Assembly (NCBI GenBank): GCA_947457515.1
Contig: CANGWC010000003.1
Span: 1 to 46,030 of the forward strand
Length of the DNA stretch: 46,030 bases
Source of the DNA: Silvanigrellaceae bacterium
GTDB lineage: Bacteria > Bdellovibrionota_B > Oligoflexia > Silvanigrellales > CANGWC01
Direction: 5' to 3'
Positions 30,042 through 38,402 of this stretch are shown in pieces. A program made the position numbers and the translations under genes. The notes under the pieces were generated by a model that worked only from the letters and a program-made list of their open reading frames with translations, was not told the DNA's origin and did not search any database. How positions within the stretch are numbered: the stretch's first letter is position 1; each line of letters opens with the position of its first letter.

Positions 30042-30125
30042 GATTTACAATAGTTCTAATATTCAGTTAATATATCTTTAAGAATTAAAACAACATTATA
30101 AAACTCAGAAATTGAGGGGCGAATT
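30042..30125 (+). repeat. Decayed copy of the 3' end of paralog 1 (29120-29205)
   Basis: gatttacaatagttctaatattcagtt...aaaacaacattataaaactcagaa aligns with gatttacaatggatctgctactcagtt...aaaacaacattatgaaaaactcaaaa. Confidence 0.75.
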
Positions 30126-30899
30126 ATGATAACTAGATTATTATTTTTATTAGGATTTTCTTCATTAGCAAATGCTCAGTACAGTAAATATGCCCAACAA
30201 GGATTTGTGTCTTCGATGTTGCATTCATTACAAACAGTAGCTCTCCCTTCGGGTCCTAAGATAGGAAACAAGGGGACTTGTGAATATTTTTGGGAAGAGA
30301 AACCTAATTACGCTGATTATACCACTTATGATCAATATTTAAAAAGGAATCATCCTTTTCCTGATAGAACAGAGAAGGAGACTCTTCAAGGAAGTGGTGT
30401 ACTTGATACTGATGATATTTGTGGGAATGTTCCTAAACTTCTGCCTTGTTTTAAAAGGGCATGGGCTAATGATATGAATCATCATCAAAATCTTAAACAA
30501 TGGGCTAATGAAAATTCCTATTCTATTAATCAGGTTATGCTAGCTCTTGCGTGGAGAGAAACGAGAATGGGACAACTGCAAGACAGTTGTGATGATTATG
30601 GTAATTGTAATGGTGTAGGTATGGTTCAAGTCATCACAATTGTAGGAGATGATTTTCAAGAAGATCACAGTTCTCAACTTCCAGAGTGGCAAGGGATCAC
30701 TCATAATCTTCTGACTAATTTAAAATACGGATTGCGAGTCCTGGATTCTAAGGTTAACATAGCCAAGAATTTAGGGGGCACTTCTTTAAAAGAAGTGTCT
30801 TATTATTATAATGGCTCAGAAGATTACGCTGAAGATTATTCACAAGCGATCGTTCAGAATTACGAAAAATTAAGTAAATGCGGGATTTCCTTCGACTAG
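30126..30899 (+). CDS. Lytic transglycosylase/lysozyme-like protein, paralog 3 (secreted)
   Basis: Highly similar to paralog 2 from CEYFWEEKP onward; ANA signal site; GAGGGG RBS. Confidence 0.65.
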   Translation: MITRLLFLLGFSSLANAQYSKYAQQGFVSSMLHSLQTVALPSGPKIGNKGTCEYFWEEKPNYADYTTYDQYLKRNHPFPDRTEKETLQGSGVLDTDDICGNVPKLLPCFKRAWANDMNHHQNLKQWANENSYSINQVMLALAWRETRMGQLQDSCDDYGNCNGVGMVQVITIVGDDFQEDHSSQLPEWQGITHNLLTNLKYGLRVLDSKVNIAKNLGGTSLKEVSYYYNGSEDYAEDYSQAIVQNYEKLSKCGISFD

Positions 30900-31528
30900 A
30901 CAATTTATGTAGCGGCTATGATCATAGCCTACACCAACCTTTATCCTTAACCATTCATAAGCCTGGTATCTATTTGATTTCTGGACCTAATGGGTCTGGC
31001 AAGACAACTCTGATTAGAACTCTACTGAATCTTCTTAATCCTATATCCGGTTCTTTTGAGTATTCTGAGCAAAATAGTTTGTCTTATGTTTCTCAAGTAT
31101 CCCACTTACATAGCTATTTCCCTATGAATATCAGTAGATATGTTTCTCTGGGGTTAGGACCATCTCGAGGTCTGAATCAAGATAAGATTCCAAAAATTTT
31201 AGAGCATTGGGAAATCACTCATTTAGCTCAACGATCTTTACAGGAAATCAGCCCTGGAGAGAAACTCAGAGCCATGATGGCAAGGGCTATGGTATCTCAA
31301 CCTAAAGGGTTATTTCTAGATGAGCCTTTAGCTCACTTAGATGTTTGCTGCCAAGAATTTCTGGTTAAAACCATTCAGGATTATGCACTTCAGAATAATG
31401 CTTTTATTTTTGTGATTGAACACCATTTTGAGAAATTCTCAGAATATGTCACAGGGAATATTACATTTGGACGTTGGCTACATGGAGAGGCTTTAAGTCA
31501 AATTCAATTTCAACAGGTCAAATCATGA
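30878..31528 (+). CDS. Metal ABC transporter ATP-binding protein (ZnuC/MntA-like)
   Basis: GPNGSGKTT Walker A, YVSQ, ISPGE signature, LFLDEP. Confidence 0.8.
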   Translation: MRDFLRLDNLCSGYDHSLHQPLSLTIHKPGIYLISGPNGSGKTTLIRTLLNLLNPISGSFEYSEQNSLSYVSQVSHLHSYFPMNISRYVSLGLGPSRGLNQDKIPKILEHWEITHLAQRSLQEISPGEKLRAMMARAMVSQPKGLFLDEPLAHLDVCCQEFLVKTIQDYALQNNAFIFVIEHHFEKFSEYVTGNITFGRWLHGEALSQIQFQQVKS

Positions 31529-32337
31529 TATTCCTTGGGTTATTTATGATAGCTGTTAATTTTGGACTTATCAGCCCTTTAATGGTTTTAAGAAATCGTT
31601 CTTATGCTGGGGATACACTGACCCATCTTATGCTTCCTGGAGCTCTACTAGGTTTGATTCTTCATTCTTATATTCCTTGGGGAGAAGCTTGGTGGTTCTC
31701 CGTATTTGGAGGAGTTATTTGTGGGATCTTGGGAAATTATATGATCGAAGCGTTTATTCGTCTTTTTCATATTCCTGCGGATACCAGTACTGTTCTTTGC
31801 TTAGGGATATTATTAGCTCTTAGTCTTATGGGTATTTTCTATTTTCATGAATATGAAAGTTTCTATGGGAACTTTGAATCACTTCTTATGGGTGATTGGC
31901 AGAATATGACAGTTTCTCATGTGATATTTATTGTTCTGATTACAGTCTTTAATTTATTTGTCATTCTTTTCTATAGAGATCATTTTGATGCTTGGATCCT
32001 AGATGCAGATTTTGCTAAGATTATGGGTTTTAAAACAGGCCTTTTGGAAAAGATATTTCCTTTAATGATCACGTTTTCTATTGTTTCAAGTCTGATGACA
32101 GTGGGAGGCCTTGTTGTCTCTTGTCTGATTATTATGCCTGCAATTATTGCGAAACCTTGGTCTATTCTTCATATCAATTGTATCTTATGGAGTCTTTTTA
32201 TTATGGTTTCAGGTGTCGCTCTGTATTCAATCACTTCAATTCCTTTAGGAAGTGTTCTCGTTCTTTTTGGTTTTTTTGTGCTATTAACTAAGACATTATG
32301 GAAAATATATTTGAAGCAAAAAAGAAGAAATTCTTAG
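31525..32337 (+). CDS. Metal ABC transporter permease (ZnuB/MntB-like)
   Basis: GDTLTHLMLPG, LLMGD, D.DFAK..G, VGGLVV..LIIMPA; start MIFLG at 31525 via ATGA overlap. Confidence 0.8.
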   Translation: MIFLGLFMIAVNFGLISPLMVLRNRSYAGDTLTHLMLPGALLGLILHSYIPWGEAWWFSVFGGVICGILGNYMIEAFIRLFHIPADTSTVLCLGILLALSLMGIFYFHEYESFYGNFESLLMGDWQNMTVSHVIFIVLITVFNLFVILFYRDHFDAWILDADFAKIMGFKTGLLEKIFPLMITFSIVSSLMTVGGLVVSCLIIMPAIIAKPWSILHINCILWSLFIMVSGVALYSITSIPLGSVLVLFGFFVLLTKTLWKIYLKQKRRNS

Positions 32338-33740
32338 AACTGAGTTTCTCAGATTCATATTCAACCACACACACTCTTGAAGAGGCTCAACTTCTCCCTG
32401 TAGGGACCGAAAACGTCAGTGTTGCAGGAAGAGTTGTCTCTTTAAGAATTTTAGGGAAGCTGCTATTTGCCGTTATCCAAGATATCTTTGGCAGACTACA
32501 AATAGCTGTTAAAGTTAAAGACGAAAATTCAGAGACTTTTCAACTCTTTAAAGAAAACGTTTCTGTAGGAGATTTTGTTGGGGTTAAAGGTAAACTCTTC
32601 TTAACAAGAACTGAAGAACTGACTTTAGATGTCGACTCTTTTAAGTTTTTGAATAAAGCTCTTCGACCACTTCCTGAAAAATATCATGGAATGGAAAATC
32701 AAGAACTCATTTATAGACAAAGATATTTAGATGTTATTACCAATCTTGAATCCCGAAATCTCTTTCAGAAAAGACTTCTGATTCAAAGAGAAATGAGACG
32801 CTTCTTTGAAGATAATGGGTTTGCTGAAGTTGAGACACCTATTCTTCAAAATGTTGCTTCAGGAGCTTTAGCAAAGCCTTTTTACACAGCACATAATGCT
32901 TTAGATATTTCCTGTGTTTTAAGAATAGCACCTGAAACCTATTTGAAAAGATATATTGGAGCAGGATTCCCTAGAGTTTATGAATTTGCTAAATGCTTTA
33001 GAAATGAAGGGATCTCCACAGTACATCTTCAAGAATTTACCATGTTAGAATTTTATGCGTCTTATTGGAATTCTGAGAACATGAGAGATTATGTTGAAAG
33101 ACTTGCAAGACACATCATTTTCACTGTTTTAGATCTCAAACAGCTTGTCATAGATGGAGTTGAAGTCTCTTTAGAAGATGGTCATTGGGAAATCATTAAA
33201 TATCTCGATCTTATTAAGAAACATACAGATATCGATCTTGATCAGTTTAAAGACAGTCAAAGTCTTTTTGATGAAATTAAAAGAAAAGATATTCACGTAG
33301 AAGGCATCACCCCTAAAACTCATTGGTTTCAAATGGTAGACAGTCTTTATAAAAAGAAATGTCGTCCTTTCTTAATTAAGCCTTGCTTCATTGTAGATTA
33401 CCCTATGGAACTTGGGCCACTTTCTCGAAGGAAACCTAACGATCCTACTAAAGTTGATTTCTTCCAATTTATTATTGGAGGAGTCGAACTGGCTAAAGGT
33501 TATTCAGAACTTGTAGATCCTCTCGATCAAGAGCAAAGATTTATCGTTCAGCAAAAAGCCCGAGATGAAGGGGACACTGAAGCCATGCCGTTAGATAAAG
33601 AATACTTGCTGGCTATGGAACATGGATTTCCTCCTATCGCAGGATGTGGAATAGGAATTGATCGTTTCATTATGACTTTATTGAATTGCGATAATATTAA
33701 AGACACTCTACTTTTCCCACTGCTTCGTCCTGTGGAATAA
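32298..33740 (+). CDS. lysS: Lysine--tRNA ligase (class II)
   Basis: OB fold VAGRV, PLPEKYHG, YRQRYLD, LRIAPE, FRNEG, EFTMLE, GIGIDR, LLFP. Confidence 0.96.
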   Translation: MENIFEAKKKKFLELSFSDSYSTTHTLEEAQLLPVGTENVSVAGRVVSLRILGKLLFAVIQDIFGRLQIAVKVKDENSETFQLFKENVSVGDFVGVKGKLFLTRTEELTLDVDSFKFLNKALRPLPEKYHGMENQELIYRQRYLDVITNLESRNLFQKRLLIQREMRRFFEDNGFAEVETPILQNVASGALAKPFYTAHNALDISCVLRIAPETYLKRYIGAGFPRVYEFAKCFRNEGISTVHLQEFTMLEFYASYWNSENMRDYVERLARHIIFTVLDLKQLVIDGVEVSLEDGHWEIIKYLDLIKKHTDIDLDQFKDSQSLFDEIKRKDIHVEGITPKTHWFQMVDSLYKKKCRPFLIKPCFIVDYPMELGPLSRRKPNDPTKVDFFQFIIGGVELAKGYSELVDPLDQEQRFIVQQKARDEGDTEAMPLDKEYLLAMEHGFPPIAGCGIGIDRFIMTLLNCDNIKDTLLFPLLRPVE

Positions 33741-33807
33741 TTGATTAATTTTTTTAGATTGAGTACGAATTTTAAAAGATAAGATATTTTTTAGAAAAGG
33801 ATTACAA

Positions 33808-34668
33808 ATGAATCAGTTAAAGCTCATAACTTTATTATCTATTTTAATAATTTCACCTCTACAAAATGCCCTAGGAGCAGAAGGCTCTGATATTGGTGGT
33901 GATTTTATGATCTCTTCTGCGGAAGAATTAGATATTCAAGCTTATTATCAAGAACTTTTACTATTGGCTCAAAAAATCAAAGTTTATGCCCGTCAGTATC
34001 ATTACCTTTACCAAGCGCAAATCAGCCTCAAACAAATTTTTCAAACAACATATCAACCTTTTCAACTTACCCCTGAGGCGAGATCTTATTCCGCTACAAT
34101 AAAAAGTATCTGCGAATTGGAAAATTTGGGTATGCAAGAAGTTAATCAAGATCTGAGTGCTTGTATTTCTAACAATATTAAGAAGTATGCTTCAGTTATT
34201 GATGCTAATTTACAACTCATCTCACAAATGGAAATAAATATAGAAGACAGTGTAGTAACCTCGCTGAGTCAAACACTTCTTTTCATACAAAATCAGATAT
34301 TAGACTTACAGTATCCATTGGTTAGTGATCATTTAAAAGAAGCCATTATTAAAAAAAATGATAGTTCTATGCTAAATATGGATGCTTTGGTACTTAAAAA
34401 TTTTTTAAAAGTGTTCATTCCTATATTAAAAAAAGGTGTTACATTAGCTGAAATGATATATCCAGATCTGAGATGTGAAGATTCTGACTTTAGTGAACAG
34501 TTTCAAGCAATAAATAAAAAACATAGATTTATTGATCATAAAGATTGGGAAGAATCGCTTTTTTCATTTCTAACCCCGCAAGAGAAAGCTGATAATATCT
34601 TAATAATTAAGAAAAAAGTAAAGGAAGGAGCATTAATCTCTGATATTTTCTATATGATGCCTCATTAA
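33808..34668 (+). CDS. Secreted hypothetical protein, tandem paralog A1
   Basis: Signal peptide then GAEGSDIGG; aligns with 34832-35710; AAGGA RBS. Confidence 0.75.
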   Translation: MNQLKLITLLSILIISPLQNALGAEGSDIGGDFMISSAEELDIQAYYQELLLLAQKIKVYARQYHYLYQAQISLKQIFQTTYQPFQLTPEARSYSATIKSICELENLGMQEVNQDLSACISNNIKKYASVIDANLQLISQMEINIEDSVVTSLSQTLLFIQNQILDLQYPLVSDHLKEAIIKKNDSSMLNMDALVLKNFLKVFIPILKKGVTLAEMIYPDLRCEDSDFSEQFQAINKKHRFIDHKDWEESLFSFLTPQEKADNILIIKKKVKEGALISDIFYMMPH

Positions 34669-34706
34669 TTTGAACTCAGTTTGAAGTCTAAAATCAATAA
34701 CCATAA

Positions 34707-34831
34707 TGAATTACGATGACATCGAACATATTCTACTTTTCCACTGCTTCTGCCTTTAGAATAATTGATTAATTTTTTTATCTTGATTAAAAGTTCTAAA
34801 AGATAAGACATCTTTTAGCGAAGGATTACAA
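34707..34831 (+). repeat. Diverged direct repeat of lysS 3' end plus spacer (33682-33807)
   Basis: tctacttttccactgcttc...gaataattgattaattttttta...aaaagataaga...aaggattacaaATG matches tctacttttcccactgcttc...gaataattgattaattttttta...aaaagataaga...aaggattacaaATG. Confidence 0.85.
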
Positions 34832-35710
34832 ATGAATCATTTAAAGCTCATAATTTTATTACCTATTTTAATGATCTTACCTCTACAAAAAGCTTTAGGA
34901 GCAGGAGGCTCTGATATTGGTGGTAGTCCTAATATACCTGTAGATCCAGCAGATATAACATTCTATTATCAAGATCTTCTACTATTGGCTCAAAAAATCA
35001 AAATTTATGCTCGTCAGTATCATTTACTTTCTCAAGCTAGAATAAGTATCAAAGAAATTTTTCGTCAGACATATCAACTCTTTCAACTCACCCCTCAGGC
35101 GATATCTTATGCGGCTACAATTAAAAGTACCCTTGAATTAGAAGTATTAGATAGGCAAGAAGTTAATCAAGATATGAGTGCTTATATCTCTGAAAATATT
35201 AAAGAACACGGTTATACCATTCAAGCTAATTCACAACGGCTCACACCAATGGAAAAAGCTATAGAAGACAATATCCTAGATGCAATGAGTCGAGGACTTA
35301 ATCTTATAAAGGATAGTATAGAGGAATCAAATTATCCAATAATTACAAGAAGATTTAAACAAAATATTCTTGATGTAAATCATAATTCTCCTCAAACTTC
35401 TGATACTCAATTAGTGAAATTATTTTTGGAAATATTTCCGTCTGTACTCAGGTCTAACTTGGAAGAAGGGCTTCAAGAAATTTTAAATGAGGATGATGAT
35501 GAGGTTCATAGAGAATACGATAATCTATTCAATGATCGTACATTTAATACTTATGATGGTTGGGAAAAAGCACTTTTTGCATTTCTGAGCCCACAAGAGA
35601 AAACTCAAAATATTATCATGATTAATACAAAAGCAAATGAAGGAACATTAATTTCTGATGTTTTCTATATGATGTCTCCTGAATTTGAACTCGGGTTACA
35701 TCATAAATAA
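34832..35710 (+). CDS. Secreted hypothetical protein, tandem paralog A2
   Basis: Signal peptide then GAGGSDIGG; shared YYQ.LLLLAQKIK.YARQYH and LISD.FYMM with A1. Confidence 0.75.
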   Translation: MNHLKLIILLPILMILPLQKALGAGGSDIGGSPNIPVDPADITFYYQDLLLLAQKIKIYARQYHLLSQARISIKEIFRQTYQLFQLTPQAISYAATIKSTLELEVLDRQEVNQDMSAYISENIKEHGYTIQANSQRLTPMEKAIEDNILDAMSRGLNLIKDSIEESNYPIITRRFKQNILDVNHNSPQTSDTQLVKLFLEIFPSVLRSNLEEGLQEILNEDDDEVHREYDNLFNDRTFNTYDGWEKALFAFLSPQEKTQNIIMINTKANEGTLISDVFYMMSPEFELGLHHK

Positions 35711-35872
35711 GAGATCAGAGTTTCTAAAGAGTATTGACGGTTCATTTTATTGGAATGATTCTGTTTTTATTCAGATATTTAAACAAAAAATTTTCAGTTC
35801 ATAGATTCATTCTAAAATATGTGTTGTATTTTGTAATATTTTTTGAGATATATTGAATTTAAGGTGTATATT

Positions 35873-36169
35873 ATGAAAATATCAAAGGTAATTTTAGTGG
35901 CAAGTTTTTTAATGATTCAAATGGCTTACTCTCAACCTACTGAAGACCTACCTCCCCCGGGGTATACATATATCTATGATGTAGACAACCACTGCCATCA
36001 AGTAAAAATTGGGGCAGTGCCTTCTTTGGGAGATGCTATTAATATTGCTAATTCAGAAGTAGAAAATATAAGTGCTAGTATAGCAGAGGAAAGTGCTGCG
36101 TGGACGCAAGCAAATGAAGAAACAGAAGGTTTTGTTGATTGGTTAGCAAGAAAATTAGCAGGGGGTTGA
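35873..36169 (+). CDS. Small secreted hypothetical protein
   Basis: MKISK signal peptide (AYS), AAGGTG RBS, acidic body, amphipathic tail FVDWLARKLAGG. Confidence 0.6.
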   Translation: MKISKVILVASFLMIQMAYSQPTEDLPPPGYTYIYDVDNHCHQVKIGAVPSLGDAINIANSEVENISASIAEESAAWTQANEETEGFVDWLARKLAGG

Positions 36170-36288
36170 ATAACCAAACCTGTATGTTAGTCTCTTCAAA
36201 TCTATACTCATAAAAAAATAATCTTAAAAACTATTTTAATTCGTAAACAATAATTTGGGTTTAGCTTGTTAAAAAATATTTTTAACGC

Positions 36289-36543
36289 TTAGGTCATGAA
36301 CTTAGGTTCAATATTAGAATCATATCCAATAAGACTCATCACACGAGCTCTTTTGATAGCTATCTTTAACTCTCTTTGTTGCTGAGCACTGGCACCACTG
36401 ACACGGCTAGGAATGATCTTACCATGCTCTGTCATAAAGCGACGGATGACATGAGTGTCTTTGTAATCAAAGGTAGCACTAGGGTCTACAGTCTTTTTTA
36501 ATTTAACGAACTTTTTCTTTTTACGGTTTGTTGTTTGTATCAT
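36289..36543 (-). CDS. rpsR: 30S ribosomal protein S18 (Cys-free form)
   Basis: FDYKD...[16 protein letters not shown]...QQR...AIKRAR; likely start MIQTT at 36543. Confidence 0.93.
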   Translation of the reverse strand: MIQTTNRKKKKFVKLKKTVDPSATFDYKDTHVIRRFMTEHGKIIPSRVSGASAQQQRELKIAIKRARVMSLIGYDSNIEPKFMT

Positions 36544-36565
36544 ACGATATATGTAGTAATGAATT

Positions 36566-36679
36566 ATGAAAAAATCAACATCTTTAGTAGGTATTTTTAC
36601 ACAAAGCCTTGTATATACAGCTATTTTTTTCTGGATAGCTCTCATATTCATAGGGGTCTATGTTGTGGTAGTCTTATAA
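36566..36679 (+). CDS. Putative 37-aa single-helix membrane microprotein (not in ORF track)
   Basis: ATG 36566 to TAA 36679 reads [37 protein letters not shown]; ends 1 bp before the HNH start. Confidence 0.4.
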   Translation: MKKSTSLVGIFTQSLVYTAIFFWIALIFIGVYVVVVL

Positions 36680-36680
36680 T

Positions 36681-37247
36681 GTGGAAACATTTGGGAATAG
36701 AGTCCTTCTTTTAGATTCAAGATATGAACCCACTCACCTATTAAGCCTGAGTCAGGGTTTTGTATTGATGTATATGAGTAAAGCTGAGGCTTTGGTGCCG
36801 TCTTCCCGTAAGATCCAAACGGTGAATAGAGCTTATGAAGTGCCTTGGGTTCTGGTGTCTCAAAAATGCCGTCCTAAGAAATACAGATATGTCTCTCCCC
36901 ATTTCTCCCGTTGGATGGTTTATTTAAGAGATCATTTTACCTGTCAGTATTGCCATCATAAGGTTCCACTTCCTACTTTGACATTAGATCATGTGATCCC
37001 TGTGTCTAGAGGAGGTCAGACTTCTTGGGAAAATATTATTACAGCCTGTAAAATGTGTAATCTTAAGAAAGGATCTAAGGATATTAAGGAACTTAAATAT
37101 AAAGTCAGGCCTTATAGACCCACTTATGCCCCACAGGCATTGTTTCCATTGAAACATCGTATCTTTAGCATGAATGCTCCGGCTCCTTGGAAAGCTTTTT
37201 TAGACTTTAGTCAGGCAGATATTTTTTACAGTGAGTGCCGTTCATGA
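36681..37247 (+). CDS. HNH endonuclease (McrA-like, Zn-binding)
   Basis: RVLLLD..YEP N-terminus, RDHFTCQYC, LTLDHVIPVSRGG..SWEN..TACKMCN..KG; GTG start. Confidence 0.9.
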   Translation: METFGNRVLLLDSRYEPTHLLSLSQGFVLMYMSKAEALVPSSRKIQTVNRAYEVPWVLVSQKCRPKKYRYVSPHFSRWMVYLRDHFTCQYCHHKVPLPTLTLDHVIPVSRGGQTSWENIITACKMCNLKKGSKDIKELKYKVRPYRPTYAPQALFPLKHRIFSMNAPAPWKAFLDFSQADIFYSECRS

Positions 37248-37708
37248 TGTGGTCCGTTTTCTTAGAAGATGAGATCTTACAAGTCAACACAGAACAGCTA
37301 TGTTTACTTGTAACACAAGGTAAAATACTGTTTCATCACCTCATCAAAAGCGAAGATTCTGATTTGAAATATCCTTTCTTTAAACTCTTTAAAGACTTTT
37401 CTGAAGACGATAAGAATCTATTTTATTCTTCACTTGTTTCTGATGCTTATACCCAGGTACTTAAACCATCTTTAGAAAATGTGAAGAAAATCAAAAAAGA
37501 GCAGAAGAAGGAAGAAAAACCTTTTCTCATTCATCATACTAGAATAGAAGATAAACCCATGTTGGTATCAGCACTTCCGGATATCATACATTCTAAAAAG
37601 AAAAGTCCTTTTTTCTATATTGAAGAGATCTACAGACTTTTGTTATTTGCAGGATTCATCTTAGGAATTATAGGGTTGGTTTTGATTTTTCGTAAGTTGC
37701 GGAGATAA
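37235..37708 (+). CDS. Hypothetical protein with C-terminal transmembrane helix
   Basis: 157-aa ORF overlapping the HNH stop; LLLFAGFILGIIGLVLIF followed by RKLRR. Confidence 0.6.
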   Translation: MPFMMWSVFLEDEILQVNTEQLCLLVTQGKILFHHLIKSEDSDLKYPFFKLFKDFSEDDKNLFYSSLVSDAYTQVLKPSLENVKKIKKEQKKEEKPFLIHHTRIEDKPMLVSALPDIIHSKKKSPFFYIEEIYRLLLFAGFILGIIGLVLIFRKLRR

Positions 37709-38336
37709 AATCCCAATTTATAAGCTTATCTAAAGTTCCTACAACATAATCTTTACGTTTATTTTGATAATCAAGATAATAAGCATGTTCCCAGAGATCT
37801 AATGTGAATAAAGGAGTTTCTCCATTCATCCAAGGATTATCTCCATTAGAAGAAGCATAAATTTTAGGCTTACCTTCAGAAATCGTTAACCATGTCCAAC
37901 CACTCCCAAAATGATTTAAAGAAGCATCTCTTAGAGCATTTTTAAGATTATCGATACTTCCTAAGTTGCTTTGAATCCATTTTTCAAAGTTAGGTGAGGG
38001 TTTGGTTTTAAGAGAAACAGGTTTTAAAGACTTCCAATAAAAGTCATGGTTAATCGCTTGAGCTGTGGCATTCCATAAAGGACTTCCTACAGTGCTTAAT
38101 TTTTGAATTTGATCGAGAGGGATATTCTCAGGATGAAGTTTCTTAATCGTATCTAAGTAACCTAAATGATGCTTTCCGTAGTGATACTCAAGAGTTTTTT
38201 TGGAGATGATAGGTTCTAAAGCGGATAAACTATAGGGAAGATCTGATTTGAAAAAAGATTTGCTTGCATAAGCTTTCCATAAAGGAGCCATAACTGTTGT
38301 ATACATTGCTGTAGATATAAATTGTCTTCTTTGCAT
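37668..38336 (-). CDS. sodB: Fe/Mn superoxide dismutase (Fe-type features) with Tat signal peptide
   Basis: LPY..LEP, HYGKHH, AQAINH.FYW, FGSGW.W, DLWEHAYY; N-terminal MQRRQFI...AYA. Confidence 0.9.
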   Translation of the reverse strand: MQRRQFISTAMYTTVMAPLWKAYASKSFFKSDLPYSLSALEPIISKKTLEYHYGKHHLGYLDTIKKLHPENIPLDQIQKLSTVGSPLWNATAQAINHDFYWKSLKPVSLKTKPSPNFEKWIQSNLGSIDNLKNALRDASLNHFGSGWTWLTISEGKPKIYASSNGDNPWMNGETPLFTLDLWEHAYYLDYQNKRKDYVVGTLDKLINWDFISATYEKSKPTL

Positions 38337-38402
38337 AGATAAAGACTAACCAATATTGACAAAATTTTCCAATATAGGTTTGATGAGACAAAAGGATGAA
38401 AT

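Noticed and set aside
28389-30899. Prophage lysis cassette
   Set aside because: No holin, structural, terminase or integrase genes; enzymes have ordinary export signals and sit in a chromosomal operon
34666-34668. Stop-codon reassignment suggested by TAA aligned to Glu
   Set aside because: TAA, TAG and TGA all end conserved genes at expected positions in this window; a single point change explains it
35711-35872. Short open frame and TTGACG hexamer in the spacer after paralog A2
   Set aside because: No start codon or recognisable homology; no good -10 at proper spacing
36268-36286. GTTAAAAA-ATA-TTTTTAAC inverted repeat between convergent genes
   Set aside because: Almost all A/T and too weak to call a terminator; plausible by chance
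36681-37247. HNH as IscB/Cas9-like RNA-guided nuclease
   Set aside because: Only 188 aa, no RuvC motifs or PLMP, and no adjacent array or room for a structured RNA
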